A DNA stretch of 64,000 nucleotides from Eledone cirrhosa (GCA_964016885.1 OZ024753.1:9734001-9798000), one strand, 5' to 3'; counted from the first letter of the stretch, positions 41,157-53,361 are shown. The notes: generated by a model from the letters alone, not told the origin. A program made the numbers and translations.

Positions 41157-42475
41157 ACACATATAAATATAACACACATATATATATGATACATATAGAT
41201 ATAACACACATATATATATATGACACATAGATATAACACACATATATATGACACATATAAATATAACACACATATATATGACACATAGATATAACACATT
41301 TATATGACACATAAATATAACACACATATATATGACATATAAATATAACACATATATCACACATATAAATATAACACACATATATATGACACATATAGAT
41401 ATAACACACATATATATGACACATATAGATATAACACACATATATATGACACAGATATAACACACATATATATGACACATATAGATATAACACACATATA
41501 TATGACACATACAGATATAACACATATATATATGACACATATAGATATAACACACATATATATGACACATATATATATAACACATATATATATGACACAT
41601 AGATATAACACACATATATATGACACATAGATATAACACACATATATATGACATAAATATAACACACATATGACATATAAATATAACACATATATGACAC
41701 ATATAAATATAACACACATATATATGACATATATATATAACACATATATATGACACATATAGATATAACACACATATATATGACACATATATATATAACA
41801 CACATATATATATGACACATATAGATATAACACACATATATATGACACATATAGATATAACACACATATATATGACACATATAGATATAACACACATATA
41901 TATGACATATAAATATAACACATATAGATATAACACATATATATGACACATATAAATATAACACACATATATATGACACATATATATATAACACACATAT
42001 ATATGACACATATAGATATAACACACATATATATGACATATATATATAACACATATATATGACACATATAGATATAACACACATATATATGACACAGATA
42101 TAACACACATATATGACACACATAAATATAACACATATATATATTACACATATAGATATAACACACATATATATGACACATATAGATATAACATATATAT
42201 ATATATGACACATATAGATATAACACACATATATATGACATATAGATATAACACACATAGATATAACACACATATATATGACACATAGATATAACACACA
42301 TATATGACACACATAAATATAACACATATATATATGACACATATAGATATAACACACATATATATGACACATATAGATATAACATATATATATATATGAC
42401 ACATATAGATATAACACACATATATATATAACACACATATATATGACACATATAGATATAACACATAGATATAAC
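41157..42475. repeat. ~30-bp AT-rich minisatellite
   Basis: GACACATATAGATATAACACACATATATAT units. Confidence 0.95.
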
Positions 42476-42642
42476 CATAGGGCAGGGAATTGGCAAAGTC
42501 ATATAGAATGTTTTGCCGTATTGTTCCAGCTCTTTACTGGGTTTAAATCCCGCCGAGGTCAACTTTGCCTTTCATGCTTTCGAGGTCATTAAGAATATCA
42601 ATCAAACACTGAGGTCGATTATTTCTCTATATCTATTTCTCA

Positions 42643-42707
<65 letters not shown>

Positions 42708-42747
42708 GCGGGCGATATTTGTATATATATATATATATGCGTGTGTT

Positions 42748-42787
<40 letters not shown>

Positions 42788-43093
42788 ATGAATATATATA
42801 TATAATTGTTTCTATTTTGGGCACAAGGCCAGCAATTACCCAGTACATTACTGGTACTTTATTTTATCGACCCCGTAAGGATGAAAGGCAAAGTTAACCT
42901 CGGCGGGATTTGAACTCAGATCATAAAGAGACGTAACTCTATGCTTCAAAGCATGGTGTCCGACTCTCTACCGATACTGCCAATCCAATGAATTCCCTTT
43001 TCTTTCAACCAATGACGTCTACCCATCCCACTCCCCACCCTCTCCTACCACCTGAAAAGATATAAATACCACAACATTTATTTTTGGAAAGCC

Positions 43094-43144
43094 AGATTCC
43101 TGATGATTTCTAAAGAATGAAACAGTTCTAGTCCTGTAGAATCT
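43094..43144 (+). ncRNA. type I hammerhead ribozyme motif in a Penelope-like pLTR fragment (~42990-43190)
   Basis: AGATTC-CTGATGA-T-TTC TAAA GAA-T-GAAACAG-TTCTAGTC-CTGTA^-GAATCT; 6-bp stem I, 4-bp stem III, GUA cleavage triplet; TATAAATA upstream and ATTAAA downstream. Confidence 0.8.
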
Positions 43145-43190
43145 CATCCATATTAAAACTGTGGTTACCACCGATTCAACCCGGAATAAC

Positions 43191-43239
<49 letters not shown>

Positions 43240-43276
43240 CCTTATCGAGCCCTCTTCGGATTTTAGTTTTCATATT

Positions 43277-43324
<48 letters not shown>

Positions 43325-43510
43325 GTTTCTACTTTAGGCACAAGGCCAGCAACTACCCAGTACCTACTGGTACTTTATTTTATCGACCCCGTAGGGATGA
43401 AAGGCAAAGTTAACCTCGGCGGGATTTGAACTCAGATCGTAAAGGGACGTATATATAATATAATGAAATGACAGGAGGCTTGATTTGTGTAAATCCTTGA
43501 AAGGTTTATT

Positions 43511-43568
43511 ATACTATGATCATTTCAATGACCGGGTTCCGTATGAATCCGGTGATATCATCAGGTAT
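43511..43568 (-). ncRNA. type I hammerhead ribozyme motif in the left inverted arm
   Basis: reverse complement of the 45872-45929 motif, identical by eye. Confidence 0.75.
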
Positions 43569-45871
43569 TCGAAATATAATACGTGAATGTAATAGATAAA
43601 ATCCATGGGGCTGAAAATCAAAGACCCGAGGGCGACCGCCATCCAGCATCTTCCACCTTTGCCGGTCGCCCTCAGGTGACGTGGCTAAAGCTTAGAGTGT
43701 GTTACTACCGGTCAAATAAAGGAAAACAGAAAGGAATAGGAACATAAGTCAGCGTTAATATCATGCCACAAGAAAAAAGAAAGAAAGAAAGAAGAGAGAA
43801 GAAGGGGGAAGGAAGAAAAGGAAGAAGAAGAGAAGCCAGGGTTAATGTCAGCTATAAGAAGAAAGACAGAAAGAAAGAGGAGGAAAGGTCGGTATTACAG
43901 TCAAGCCAGGAATGTCGCGAAAAAATGTTTTATTCTAAGGGACCCGTATCTTAACAACTACTACCGGTCAAATATAGGCAAACAAAAAGGGGGAGGAAGA
44001 TAAGTCAGCGTTAATATCATGCCACAAGGAGAAAGACAGAAAGAAGGGAGAAGAGAAGGAAGAAAACGAAGAAGAAAAGTCAGGGTTGATGGCTACAAGA
44101 AGAAAGATAGAAAGAAAGAGGAAGAAAGGTCGATATTAATGTCAGACTACAGTCAGGCCAGGAATGGCGCGAAAAAATATTTTCAAAGGGACCCGTATCT
44201 TAGCAGAGGTAAATATAGTGGGGGTCAGTGTGTTATAATGTGTGAGCAGAAGATTGGAACGTTACAATTTTGTTTAGTCTTATAGGATGAAGTTAAAAAA
44301 TTAATATTTAATATTAACATTATAAAATTAAAGAAATTAGAAAATTGAAAGTTAAACAGTTTAACATTTTTAAGGTTGCGAGGTTTAAGCAAAGAAAGAG
44401 TCTTTTATGAAGACACTTAAATTTTATTATAGAGTAAAGATTATGTCTTTGTTTAGCCGTCAAACAGCATGCGGCGACTACAAGCTTGGGCAGCCCATCA
44501 CTCCGAGTGATATCGCCTAGCGAAAGATACGGAAATCGATTTTTCCGAGCACTCTAGGAATGTATAACAGGCTTCAGGTGCGCCAGCAGGAAGTCAGCCC
44601 GCATCGTTAGGCCATCCTTGTACAAAACCAGTACTATTCCTTTACCCAGGAGGGGGATTTGCTTAAGTAGAGGGAGGCGCGATACATCTAATAGTTCTGA
44701 TTTGATCTGTAATTTAAAGGTACTATATGGCGGTCAAAAAACCGGCTGCGCACCGGGCCCCTGGAGCGAATCAGGCCACTCCGAGTAGTTTCATTTACCG
44801 AAAGAAGGGGAAATTTATTTTTCCAAGCACTCAAGGTAGGCCAATGCGCCAGGGGGCCGGTCCCGTCGCCAGGAAAACCAACCCAACAGTCCGACAGAAA
44901 GTTGGAACGTTAAAATATTGTTTAGATTTATAGGATGAAGTTGAAAGAATTCAGAATAACATTATAAAATTAAAGAGTAAGAAGATTGAGAATTGAACAA
45001 ATAGAAAATTGAAAATTAAACATTTAAAAAACTTTTTTAAGGTTTTGGTTGCGGGGTTTAGTTAAAAAGAGTCTTTTATGAAGAAACGTTAATTGTATTA
45101 TATAGATCCTCTATAAGTTATCCTAGTGGGATGTAGAGTAAGGGATATAGTCGGGTAATATTTATTTTTGTTCACAGGGAGAGACATTCTAGTGTCGTGT
45201 GCTAATGGGTACAAGTGAGTAAAAGTCCCAATAAGAGGAGTAGAAATACATGGATACATAGAAGTAGAATACGTGGAAAGGCACATTAATAAAGCAAAGG
45301 TATAAATATATAAATAAACCAACAAGAGTGGTGGTGGAGTAAGATGGAGAAATCAAGACATAGGAGAAATACAATATAGTTCAGGTTGCAGTATTTATGT
45401 TCCCAGGGGAGACATTCTAGTGTCGTGTGCTAATGGGTACACGCGAGTAAAAGTCCGAATAAGAGAAGTAAAAAGTACATGGAAAAAACATTAATACAGC
45501 AAAGGTAGAAAGATATAAAGATATAAATAAACAAAGAAGAGTGGTGGTGGAGTAAATGGAGAGATCAAAACACAGGAGAAATACAATAATGTTCAAGTTG
45601 CAATCAGATAATGCATATAGATGTGGAAATGGAATCAGTGTGTGTTCGAGTCTGAGAATTAAGTGTGAGTTACACATGCCCTGAAGTATAGGGTAGAGAA
45701 TTTAGTCAATACAGTACAATACATGTTATGGTATAATCCGTAGAATTTCGTCGAAGTCTGAATATTCTGAGAGGGAAGTAGAATGTGTAACTCACACTGA
45801 ATTCTCGTCCTCGGGTCTTTGATTTTCAGCCCCGTGGATTTTATCTATTACATTCACTTATTATATTTCGA

Positions 45872-45929
45872 ATACCTGATGATATCACCGGATTCATACG
45901 GAACCCGGTCATTGAAATGATCATAGTAT
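45872..45929 (+). ncRNA. type I hammerhead ribozyme motif in the right inverted arm of the 2.5-kb element
   Basis: ATAC-CTGATGA-stem II (ACCGG..TTC/GAA..CCGGT)-GAAA-TGATCA-TA^-GTAT; stem I ATAC/GTAT; palindromic stem III ATGATCAT; AATAAA follows immediately. Confidence 0.75.
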
Positions 45930-46120
45930 AATAAACCTTTCAAGGATTTACACAAGTCCAGCCTCCTGTCATTTCATTATAATATTTAACTCCGTACTAG
46001 CACCACCAACTACAAAATCAAAGACGGTTGAACTGCTTTACGTTGAGTACTCTCCATATTATTACATTAAGATTGACCATACGGAATTGACCAGCTCTAT
46101 CCAGTGGTGAACCTCAAACC

Positions 46121-46181
<61 letters not shown>

Positions 46182-46329
46182 ATATTAGGGAAGAGTCAGA
46201 AATGTGTAATCAAACAAACGCACTCACTGGTTTGGGTTGCAAACAGTCGGTGTTTGTTTTATTATATATTTCATAGCAAAAACATTGTAAAACAAATTCA
46301 TCGCCGTATATGTATATATATACCTTATC

Positions 46330-46375
<46 letters not shown>

Positions 46376-46446
46376 AAAAAAAGATGAAATCGAAAATGCA
46401 ACTGGAGTCTTATTTTTAAAAAAATATATATATATTTATTTGGTTC

Positions 46447-46482
46447 CTTTACCGGTTTCGCAGTTCTTCTGCTTTTCAAAAG
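46447..46482 (-). ncRNA. minimal hammerhead motif, U3-A8 core variant
   Basis: CTT-TTGAAAA-GCAG AAGAA CTGC-GAAAC CG GTA^-AAG; palindromic stem III ACCGGT; AATAAA a few nt downstream. Confidence 0.6.
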
Positions 46483-46709
46483 TAGAGTTGAGATGGAGGG
46501 TCTGTGGTTTTTCTCACAGATGTGAGAAAAACCACAGACCCTCCATCTCTATAAAACCATATTTATTCTATTATACATATTTCAAGGGCCACCAAGGCAA
46601 ATTATGGTGCGCTTTCATCAGATAAAATACAATACAGATTAGTTTTATAAATAAATATTGACATACCCTGAAAAAAGACAACCTTAACGGTTGGAGCTTC
46701 CTGGATAGG

Positions 46710-46771
<62 letters not shown>

Positions 46772-46859
46772 ACTCCTTCTCTGGAACAACTTGTCTGTGT
46801 TCAGACCCAGAGATGGGATGGGCTCCACCATGTTTAAACTGCCCTCAACGGCGCCGTTA

Positions 46860-49200
46860 CGGCCCAGTCGGGAGTTACCAGTCCATATATAGAGCATATG
46901 AGGGACTTAGCCTTGAGAATGTTTCTGAATCTCAACTAGAACAGCCTGGGGAATCTCATCTGGAGGACTCTCAGAGGAAATATAAGTAGTATCTTCCGTC
47001 GGGAAAATCTTATATGATATCTGATTATATCATAAACATTAGGAATACTTGTGACCAACAACAGCGCCATCTGGGGCTCTTCTCACTGACCGAATTGCCG
47101 TCCTGGGTTAAGCATACACTGAAGTTAGACGTTTTGAATCTGAAATGTGTTCAGGTGTTTAAGTACTCTTCCAGCTAGACAAAGGGGTCAGGTTCTATAG
47201 ATAGTGAGTAGGGGGTCTGGGTGACTATGCTTTGAGAAGTGTTCTGGGTCCCAGCGAGAAGAGTTTTAGCAAACTCTTCTGAAGGACTTTCAGGTCTGGG
47301 ATTACACTCAATAAACGTCTTTGGCATAGAAATCCTAATAAGGGTGGGATGTGTTGGTTTTGTCTCATTGGAACAAGCCCGACGGACACGAAAGTGCCAG
47401 TAGTCGAACCTCCCCAAGATGTGTACAAGTGCATTGTTGATGTGTGGGTTTGGTTGATAGCTGTTAACATCTGTGGATCTGGTTGATATCGGCTATCATC
47501 TGTAGATCTGGTTGATAGCTGTTATCATCTGTAAATCTGGTTGATAGCTGTTATCATCTGTAAATCTGGTGGATAGCTGTTATCATCTGTAGATCTGGTT
47601 GATAACTGTTATCATCTGTAGATCTGGTGGATAGCTGTTATCATCTGTAGATCTGGTGGATAGCTGTTATCATCTGTAGATCTGGTGGATAGCTGTTATC
47701 ATCTGTAGATCTGATATCTGTAGATCTGGTTGATATCTGTTATCATCTATAGATCTGGTGGATAGCTGTTATCATCTGTAGATCTGGTGGATAGCTGTTA
47801 TCATCTGTAGATCTGATATCTGTAGATCTGGTTGATATCTGCTATCATCTGTAGATCTGATTGATATCTGTTATCATCTGTAGATCTGGTGGATAGCTGT
47901 TATCATCTGTAGATCTGGTCGATATCTGCTATCATCTGTAGATCTGGTTGATAGCTGTTATCATCTGTAGATCTGGTGGATAGCTGTTATCATCTGTAGA
48001 TCTGGTGGATAGCTGTTATCATCTGTAGATCTGGTGGAAAGCTGTTATCATCTGTAGATCTGGTGGATAGCTGTTATCATCTGTAGATCTGGTTGATATC
48101 TGTTATCATCTGTAGATCTGGTTGATAGCTGCTATCATCTGTAGATCTGGTGGATAGCTGTTATCATCTGTAGATCTGGTGGATAGCTGTTATCATCTGT
48201 AGATCTGGTGGATAGCTGTTATCATCTGTAGATCTGGTGGATAGCTGTTATCATCTGTAGATCTGGTGGATAGCTGTAATCATCTGTAGGTCTGGTGGAT
48301 AGCTGTTATCATCTGTAGATCTGGTGGATAGCTGTTATCATCTGTAGATCTGGTGGATAGCTGTTATCATCTGTAGATCTGGTTGATATCTGCTATCATC
48401 TGTAGATCTGGTTGATATCTGTTATCATCTGTAGATCTGGTGGATAGCTGTTATCATCTGTAGATCTGGTGGATAGCTGTTATCTGTAGATCTGGTGGGT
48501 AGCTGTTATCATCTGTAGATCTGGTGGATAGCTGTTATCATCTGTAGATCTGATATCTGTAGATCTGGTTGATATCTGCTATCATCTGTAGATCTGGTTG
48601 ATATCTGCTATCATCTGTAGATCTGGTTGATATCTGTTATCATCTGTAGATCTGGTGGATAGCTGTTATCAACTGTAGATCTGGTTGATAGCTGTTATCA
48701 TCTGTAGATCTGGTTGATAGCTGTTATCATCTGTAGATCTGGTGGATATCTGCTATCATCTGTAGATCTGGTTGATAGCTGTTATCATCTATAGATCTGG
48801 TTGATATCTGCTATCATCTGTAGATCTGGTTAACAGCTGATATGTGGACATGTTTAATTGCAGGATCTAGTCTTTTGTTGTTGTTGTTGAAATCCTTACG
48901 TAGGCTTAATCCATTTCCCGGTTTAACACATCCCTCTGGTTCTTAGGTACTTTTATCGGATTCCACTTTGTTGTAAGCATTAAGACCAGGTCTTCGATGT
49001 AAGGATGCTGTTCTATCCCTTCCATCAATCTCAGAAACCCTTAAAAGTGTCATAGGCACTGCGACTTCTCCTGGCGAACTAGTAACAGAAAATGTTTAGC
49101 CCTTATCGAGAAGGGCTACGAAGAAAGGTTTTATAATAATAAACATCATGGATTTTTTCCAATTCTCAGGACTTTAAGGTGAGATTTAACGGTATTTGGT
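46860..49200 (-). mobile_element. degraded RLE-type LINE relic split by a 25-bp minisatellite
   Basis: TCPHISC at ~48850, then PNPHINNALVHILGRFDYWH..SIEPDPFV..LYIWTG below 47460; resembles a CCHC knuckle, GR..RH and PD motif; heavily decayed. Confidence 0.45.
47450..48840. repeat. ~29-bp minisatellite, roughly 45-50 copies
   Basis: GATAGCTGTTATCATCTGTAGATCTGGT(G/T) units. Confidence 0.95.
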
Positions 49201-49524
49201 TCTTATTTCTAGCAGGTTGAGCGACTAGATCGAGGTTTCCCAGTTCGTTCAACATGACTATTTTGTTTACCAGAGAGAAACGACGAGAAAGGTGTGGGTG
49301 TGTGAGGGAGGATAAGGAGAAAGGGGGAGGGAGAGGGAGAGAGAGAGAGAGAGACTGTATTGCACTAATGAGGTTTGGCAGTAGGTTATTTCACACTATT
49401 AACGGCCTAAATTGTCAGATGAGAAATATTCAGCGAAGAAAGAAAGAAAATGATTGAAAATCAATGTTTTTATGTATTATTCTTCTTCTACTTCTCCCCC
49501 TCTCTCTCTCTCTCTGTATGCGTG

Positions 49525-49584
<60 letters not shown>

Positions 49585-50598
49585 CTCTGTATGCGTGTGT
49601 ACTTATGTGTGTATGTGTGTATTCATATGTCTGTGTGCATCTCTTCGTGTGTGTCCGTTCATATATTTATTAATTCACTTATTGTCTTGGAGCTTCGTCA
49701 CGGTTGTTTAAAGCCCACCTATATAATAATAGTTCTGTAATAAAATCAGAAATAGGAGGCTGTAATAGTATCAACGCCATTGAGATTTATTGTGGTAAAT
49801 CGCATCGACCCTGGGTCAATGTGTTTTATGTTGTTGTTGTTGAAATAATAGCGAACACAGGACCGGCGCTACTATCAAAGCCAACTAGACAGCTATCTAG
49901 GGTGCAGGTCTGAGAGACACATTACAGGACCTTAATGTGTATATGTGTGTATTTAACACAGGACCAGCGCTACTATCAAAGCCAACTAGACAGCTATCTA
50001 GGGTGCAGGTCTCGGAGACACATTACAGGACCTTAATGTGTATACGTGTGTATTTAACACAGGACCGGCGTTACTATCAAAGCCAACTAGACAGCTATCT
50101 AGGGTGCAGGTCTCGGAGACACATTACAGGACCTTAATGTGTATATGTGTGTATTTAACACAGGACCGGCGTTACTATCAAAGCCAACTAGACAGCTATC
50201 TAGGGTGCAGGTCTGAGAGACACATTACAGGACCTTAATGTGTATATGTGTGTATTTAACACAGGACCGGCGTTACTATCAAAGCCAACTAGACAGCTAT
50301 CTAGGGTGCAGGTCTCGGAGAGACACACTACAGGACCTTAATGTGTATATGTGTGTATTTAACACAGGACCAGCGCTACTATCAAAGCCAACTAGACAGC
50401 TATCTAGGGTGCAGGTCTCGGAGAGACACACTACAGGACCTTAATGTGTATATGTGTGTATTTAACACAGGACCAGCGCTACTATCAAAGCCAACTAGAC
50501 AGCTATCTAGGGTGCAGGTCTCGGAGAGACACACTACAGGACCTTTTATTTCATTTGAGTTTGAGTCCATGCTCAGGCCAAGTCGAAGACTCCACCCT

Positions 50599-50607
50599 AA
50601 AAAAAAA
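50599..50607 (-). terminator. Pol III oligo-T terminator of the tRNA-Lys gene
   Basis: T9 run on the minus strand 6 nt after the discriminator base. Confidence 0.8.
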
Positions 50608-50613
50608 CTGCTT

Positions 50614-50710
50614 CGCCCACAGAGGGACTTGAACCCGCGACCCTCAGATTACTTCACTTCAGAGAAAGATTCATAAAAGTCTGATGCTCTACCGACTGAG
50701 CTATGCGGGC
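50614..50710 (-). tRNA. tRNA-Lys-TTT: tRNA-Lys(UUU) with a 24-nt intron (50650-50673)
   Basis: GCCCGCATAGCTCAGTCGGTAGAGCATCAGACTTTTA[TGAATCTTTCTCTGAAGTGAAGTA]ATCTGAGGGTCGCGGGTTCAAGTCCCTCTGTGGGCG; A and B boxes present; acceptor stem GCCCGCA/TGTGGGC; intron at canonical 37/38; one T-stem mismatch. Confidence 0.9.
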
Positions 50711-50849
50711 GGTGGTGGCTATGCGGGCGGCGATTAATGTGTATATGTGTGTATTTAACACAGGACCTGCGTTACTATCAATCCAACTAGACAGCTATCT
50801 AGGGTGCAGGTCTCGGAGACGTGCATTACAGGACCTTAATGTGTATATA

Positions 50850-50917
<68 letters not shown>

Positions 50918-51001
50918 CAACACAGGACCTGCGCTTTTGTCAAAGCCAACTAGGCAGCTATCTAGGGCGCAGATCTCGGAGACGTGCATTACACAACCTT
51001 A

Positions 51002-51076
<75 letters not shown>

Positions 51077-52387
51077 CAACACAGGACCTGCGCTTTTGTC
51101 AAAGCCAACTAGGCAGCTATCTAGGGCTCAGATCTCGGAGACATGCATTACAGGACCTTAATGTGTATATGTGTGTATATGTGTGTGTGTGCATTCAACA
51201 CAGGACCGGCTCTACTATCAAGGCCAACTAGGCAGCTATCTAGGGCGCAGGTCTCGGAGAGACACATTACAGGACCTTAATGTGTATATGTGTGTATATG
51301 TGTGTGTATGTGTGCATTCAACACAGGGCCGACGCTTTTGTCAAAGCCATCTAGGCAGCTATCTTGGGTGCAGGTCTCGGAGAGACACATTACAGGACCT
51401 TAATGTGTATATGAGTGTATGTGTGTAAGTGTGCATTCAACACAGGAGCTGTGCTACATTAAGACAAACTAGACAGCTATCTAGAACACAGATCTCGGAG
51501 AACCTTAATGGATTACATTCTTATACAAATCTGTATAAGTAAACTAAATATAATAATTTCCTACGATCAATAAATAAATCGCTAAAAATCTTTGCCGCAT
51601 AGCAGCAATGTAGAAATATGTCCCGGTTCCTTCAAGCTGCTACGCCTTGTAAATTCAATTTCGTACGTTAGGGTGGGATTGTACGATAAAATAAAGTACC
51701 AGTAATGCACTGGGTAATTGCTGGCCTTGTGCCTAAAGTAGAAACAATTATTATATAGCGTGGTGGTACAGCGCTTTAAAAAAGCCTTTCTTTTTAAAAT
51801 CCAGAAGAGATACTTAAAACAACAACAAAATGAATGATTAAAAATAAAAATAAGACGAGTGTTTCTCCGTGTTCTATCTCTATCTTGTCTATGCAACTTG
51901 ATAAAAGATAGGGGTGTAGGCAACAGATAATGTTGAAAAGAAAGGAAATATAGGGAATTTCGTCGAAAATGGAAATAAAGGGAGAGAAGCGGAAAGGCAG
52001 TTGTCCGACTTGAGGTCAACGAAAGAAAGACAAGAATGGGTCAGAAGCAAGGATTGCAGCGAAGCATGCGTAGTTAAGCGAAAAAGGGGGAGGACAGAAC
52101 GAGAGGAAGGAAAGAAAGAGAGGGCTTCAGACACACACGTGTGTAAAAATATAAAAATATATGTTGGTGATGGCGTGTGGCTGAATGGTAAGAGAATTGG
52201 ATTCGCAATCGTGAGGTTGTGAGTTCGACTCCCGCACCGGGTGATGTGTTGTGTCCTTGAGCAAGACACTTTATTTCACGCTGCTCTTTCTACCTGGAGT
52301 TGTGCCCGATAGATAGTATTAACAATTGGAAAGACCAACGGAAATATTGTTTCTTCGGTCTGATTTGATGAAATTCGATCGACTGTC

Positions 52388-52421
<34 letters not shown>

Positions 52422-52468
52422 TAATGAAAAAGAACAAAGGAACTATTATGACATTATAACAAGTTTAT

Positions 52469-52515
52469 TGCCGACAGCCGTTTCGTCCGACCATATGGTG
52501 GGACTTTTCAAGGCA
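52469..52515 (-). ncRNA. type I hammerhead motif, U3-A8 core variant
   Basis: TGCC-TTGAAAA-GTCC(CACCATATGGTC)GGAC-GAAAC GGCT GTC^-GGCA, running into AATAAA; all three stems pair. Confidence 0.75.
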
Positions 52516-52591
52516 TATACTAGCTACCGTCGCATATTTGGTAGGTCAGGCGTGATCATCGCGATTCACGTACGACCTACCATACATCTTG

Positions 52592-52636
<45 letters not shown>

Positions 52637-53309
52637 CAAAGAGGGTGTGGTAAGATACCAGGTGGACCATAACGCACCAGAGTACTCAATACTTAGGGTA
52701 GTAGAGTGGGTAATATCTTACCACACCCACTCTGTTGTATATATTTAGGCACAGAACGGAAACCTGTTGATAACGTGAGTCCGCGTTTCGGTCTTCAAAT
52801 ACCACAAACTTGCATATTGCGCAAGTAGGATTGTTGATGTTAGGTTCATAGAAACCTCTCGAGGATATTACACAATACCCCTCGATACGGTCCAGGTTTG
52901 TTATTTAACCTGATTATATTTTCGTTGTTCTGGCGAAGTATGTGGCTCTGCCCCTGGTTGAGGTTTTCAATTTGTCACGCTATCTAACGCATGTTAATTA
53001 CTTGGACTGGCAGTATCGGTAGGGGGTCGGACGCCATGCTTTCCAGCATAGTTACGTCCCTTTACGATCTGAGTTCAAATCCCGCCGAGGTTGACTTTGC
53101 CTTTCATACTTACGGGGTCGATAAAATAAAGTACCAGTAATGCACTGGGTTGTTGCTGGCCTTGTGCCTAAAGTAGAAACAGTTAATTACTCTAAGGTGT
53201 AGCCTATCGATTTACCGATACATTCTTATTGGGTGCTTTGTGCAAACCTAATTGTTACTTCGTTGGTCTGGCCACCACCATAACTTTAATTTTACTAACC
53301 TTCCACTTG

Positions 53310-53312
53310 TAT

Positions 53313-53361
<49 letters not shown>

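Larger units (their letters stand above)
43459..45981. mobile_element. 2.5-kb apparently non-coding element bounded by ~175-bp inverted, hammerhead-containing arms (Penelope-like, non-autonomous)
   Basis: arms ~43459-43635 and ~45805-45981 are near-identical reverse complements; interior built of duplicated blocks (~43705-43950/43960-44200, ~44250-44430/44900-45095, ~45170-45390/45400-45600); no RT or endonuclease ORF recognised. Confidence 0.7.
49853..51510. repeat. ~101-bp satellite, ~13 units, interrupted by the tRNA cassette
   Basis: AACACAGGACCGGCGCTACTATCAAAGCCAACTAGACAGCTATCTAGGGTGCAGGTCTCGGAGAC..CCTTAATGTG; 7 homogeneous units left of the tRNA and 6 diverged, (TG)n-expanded units right of it. 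Confidence 0.95.

Noticed and set aside
49853-49955. Possible ribozyme in the 101-bp satellite unit (GCCGGTCC resembles part of a twister)
   Set aside because: Remaining twister or hammerhead core elements were not found on either strand
39644-50710. Functional linkage between DPH5 and the tRNA-Lys(UUU) gene
   Set aside because: 11 kb apart with intervening repeats; the known diphthamide/wobble-uridine link is through Dph3/Kti11, not Dph5, so the proximity is probably chance
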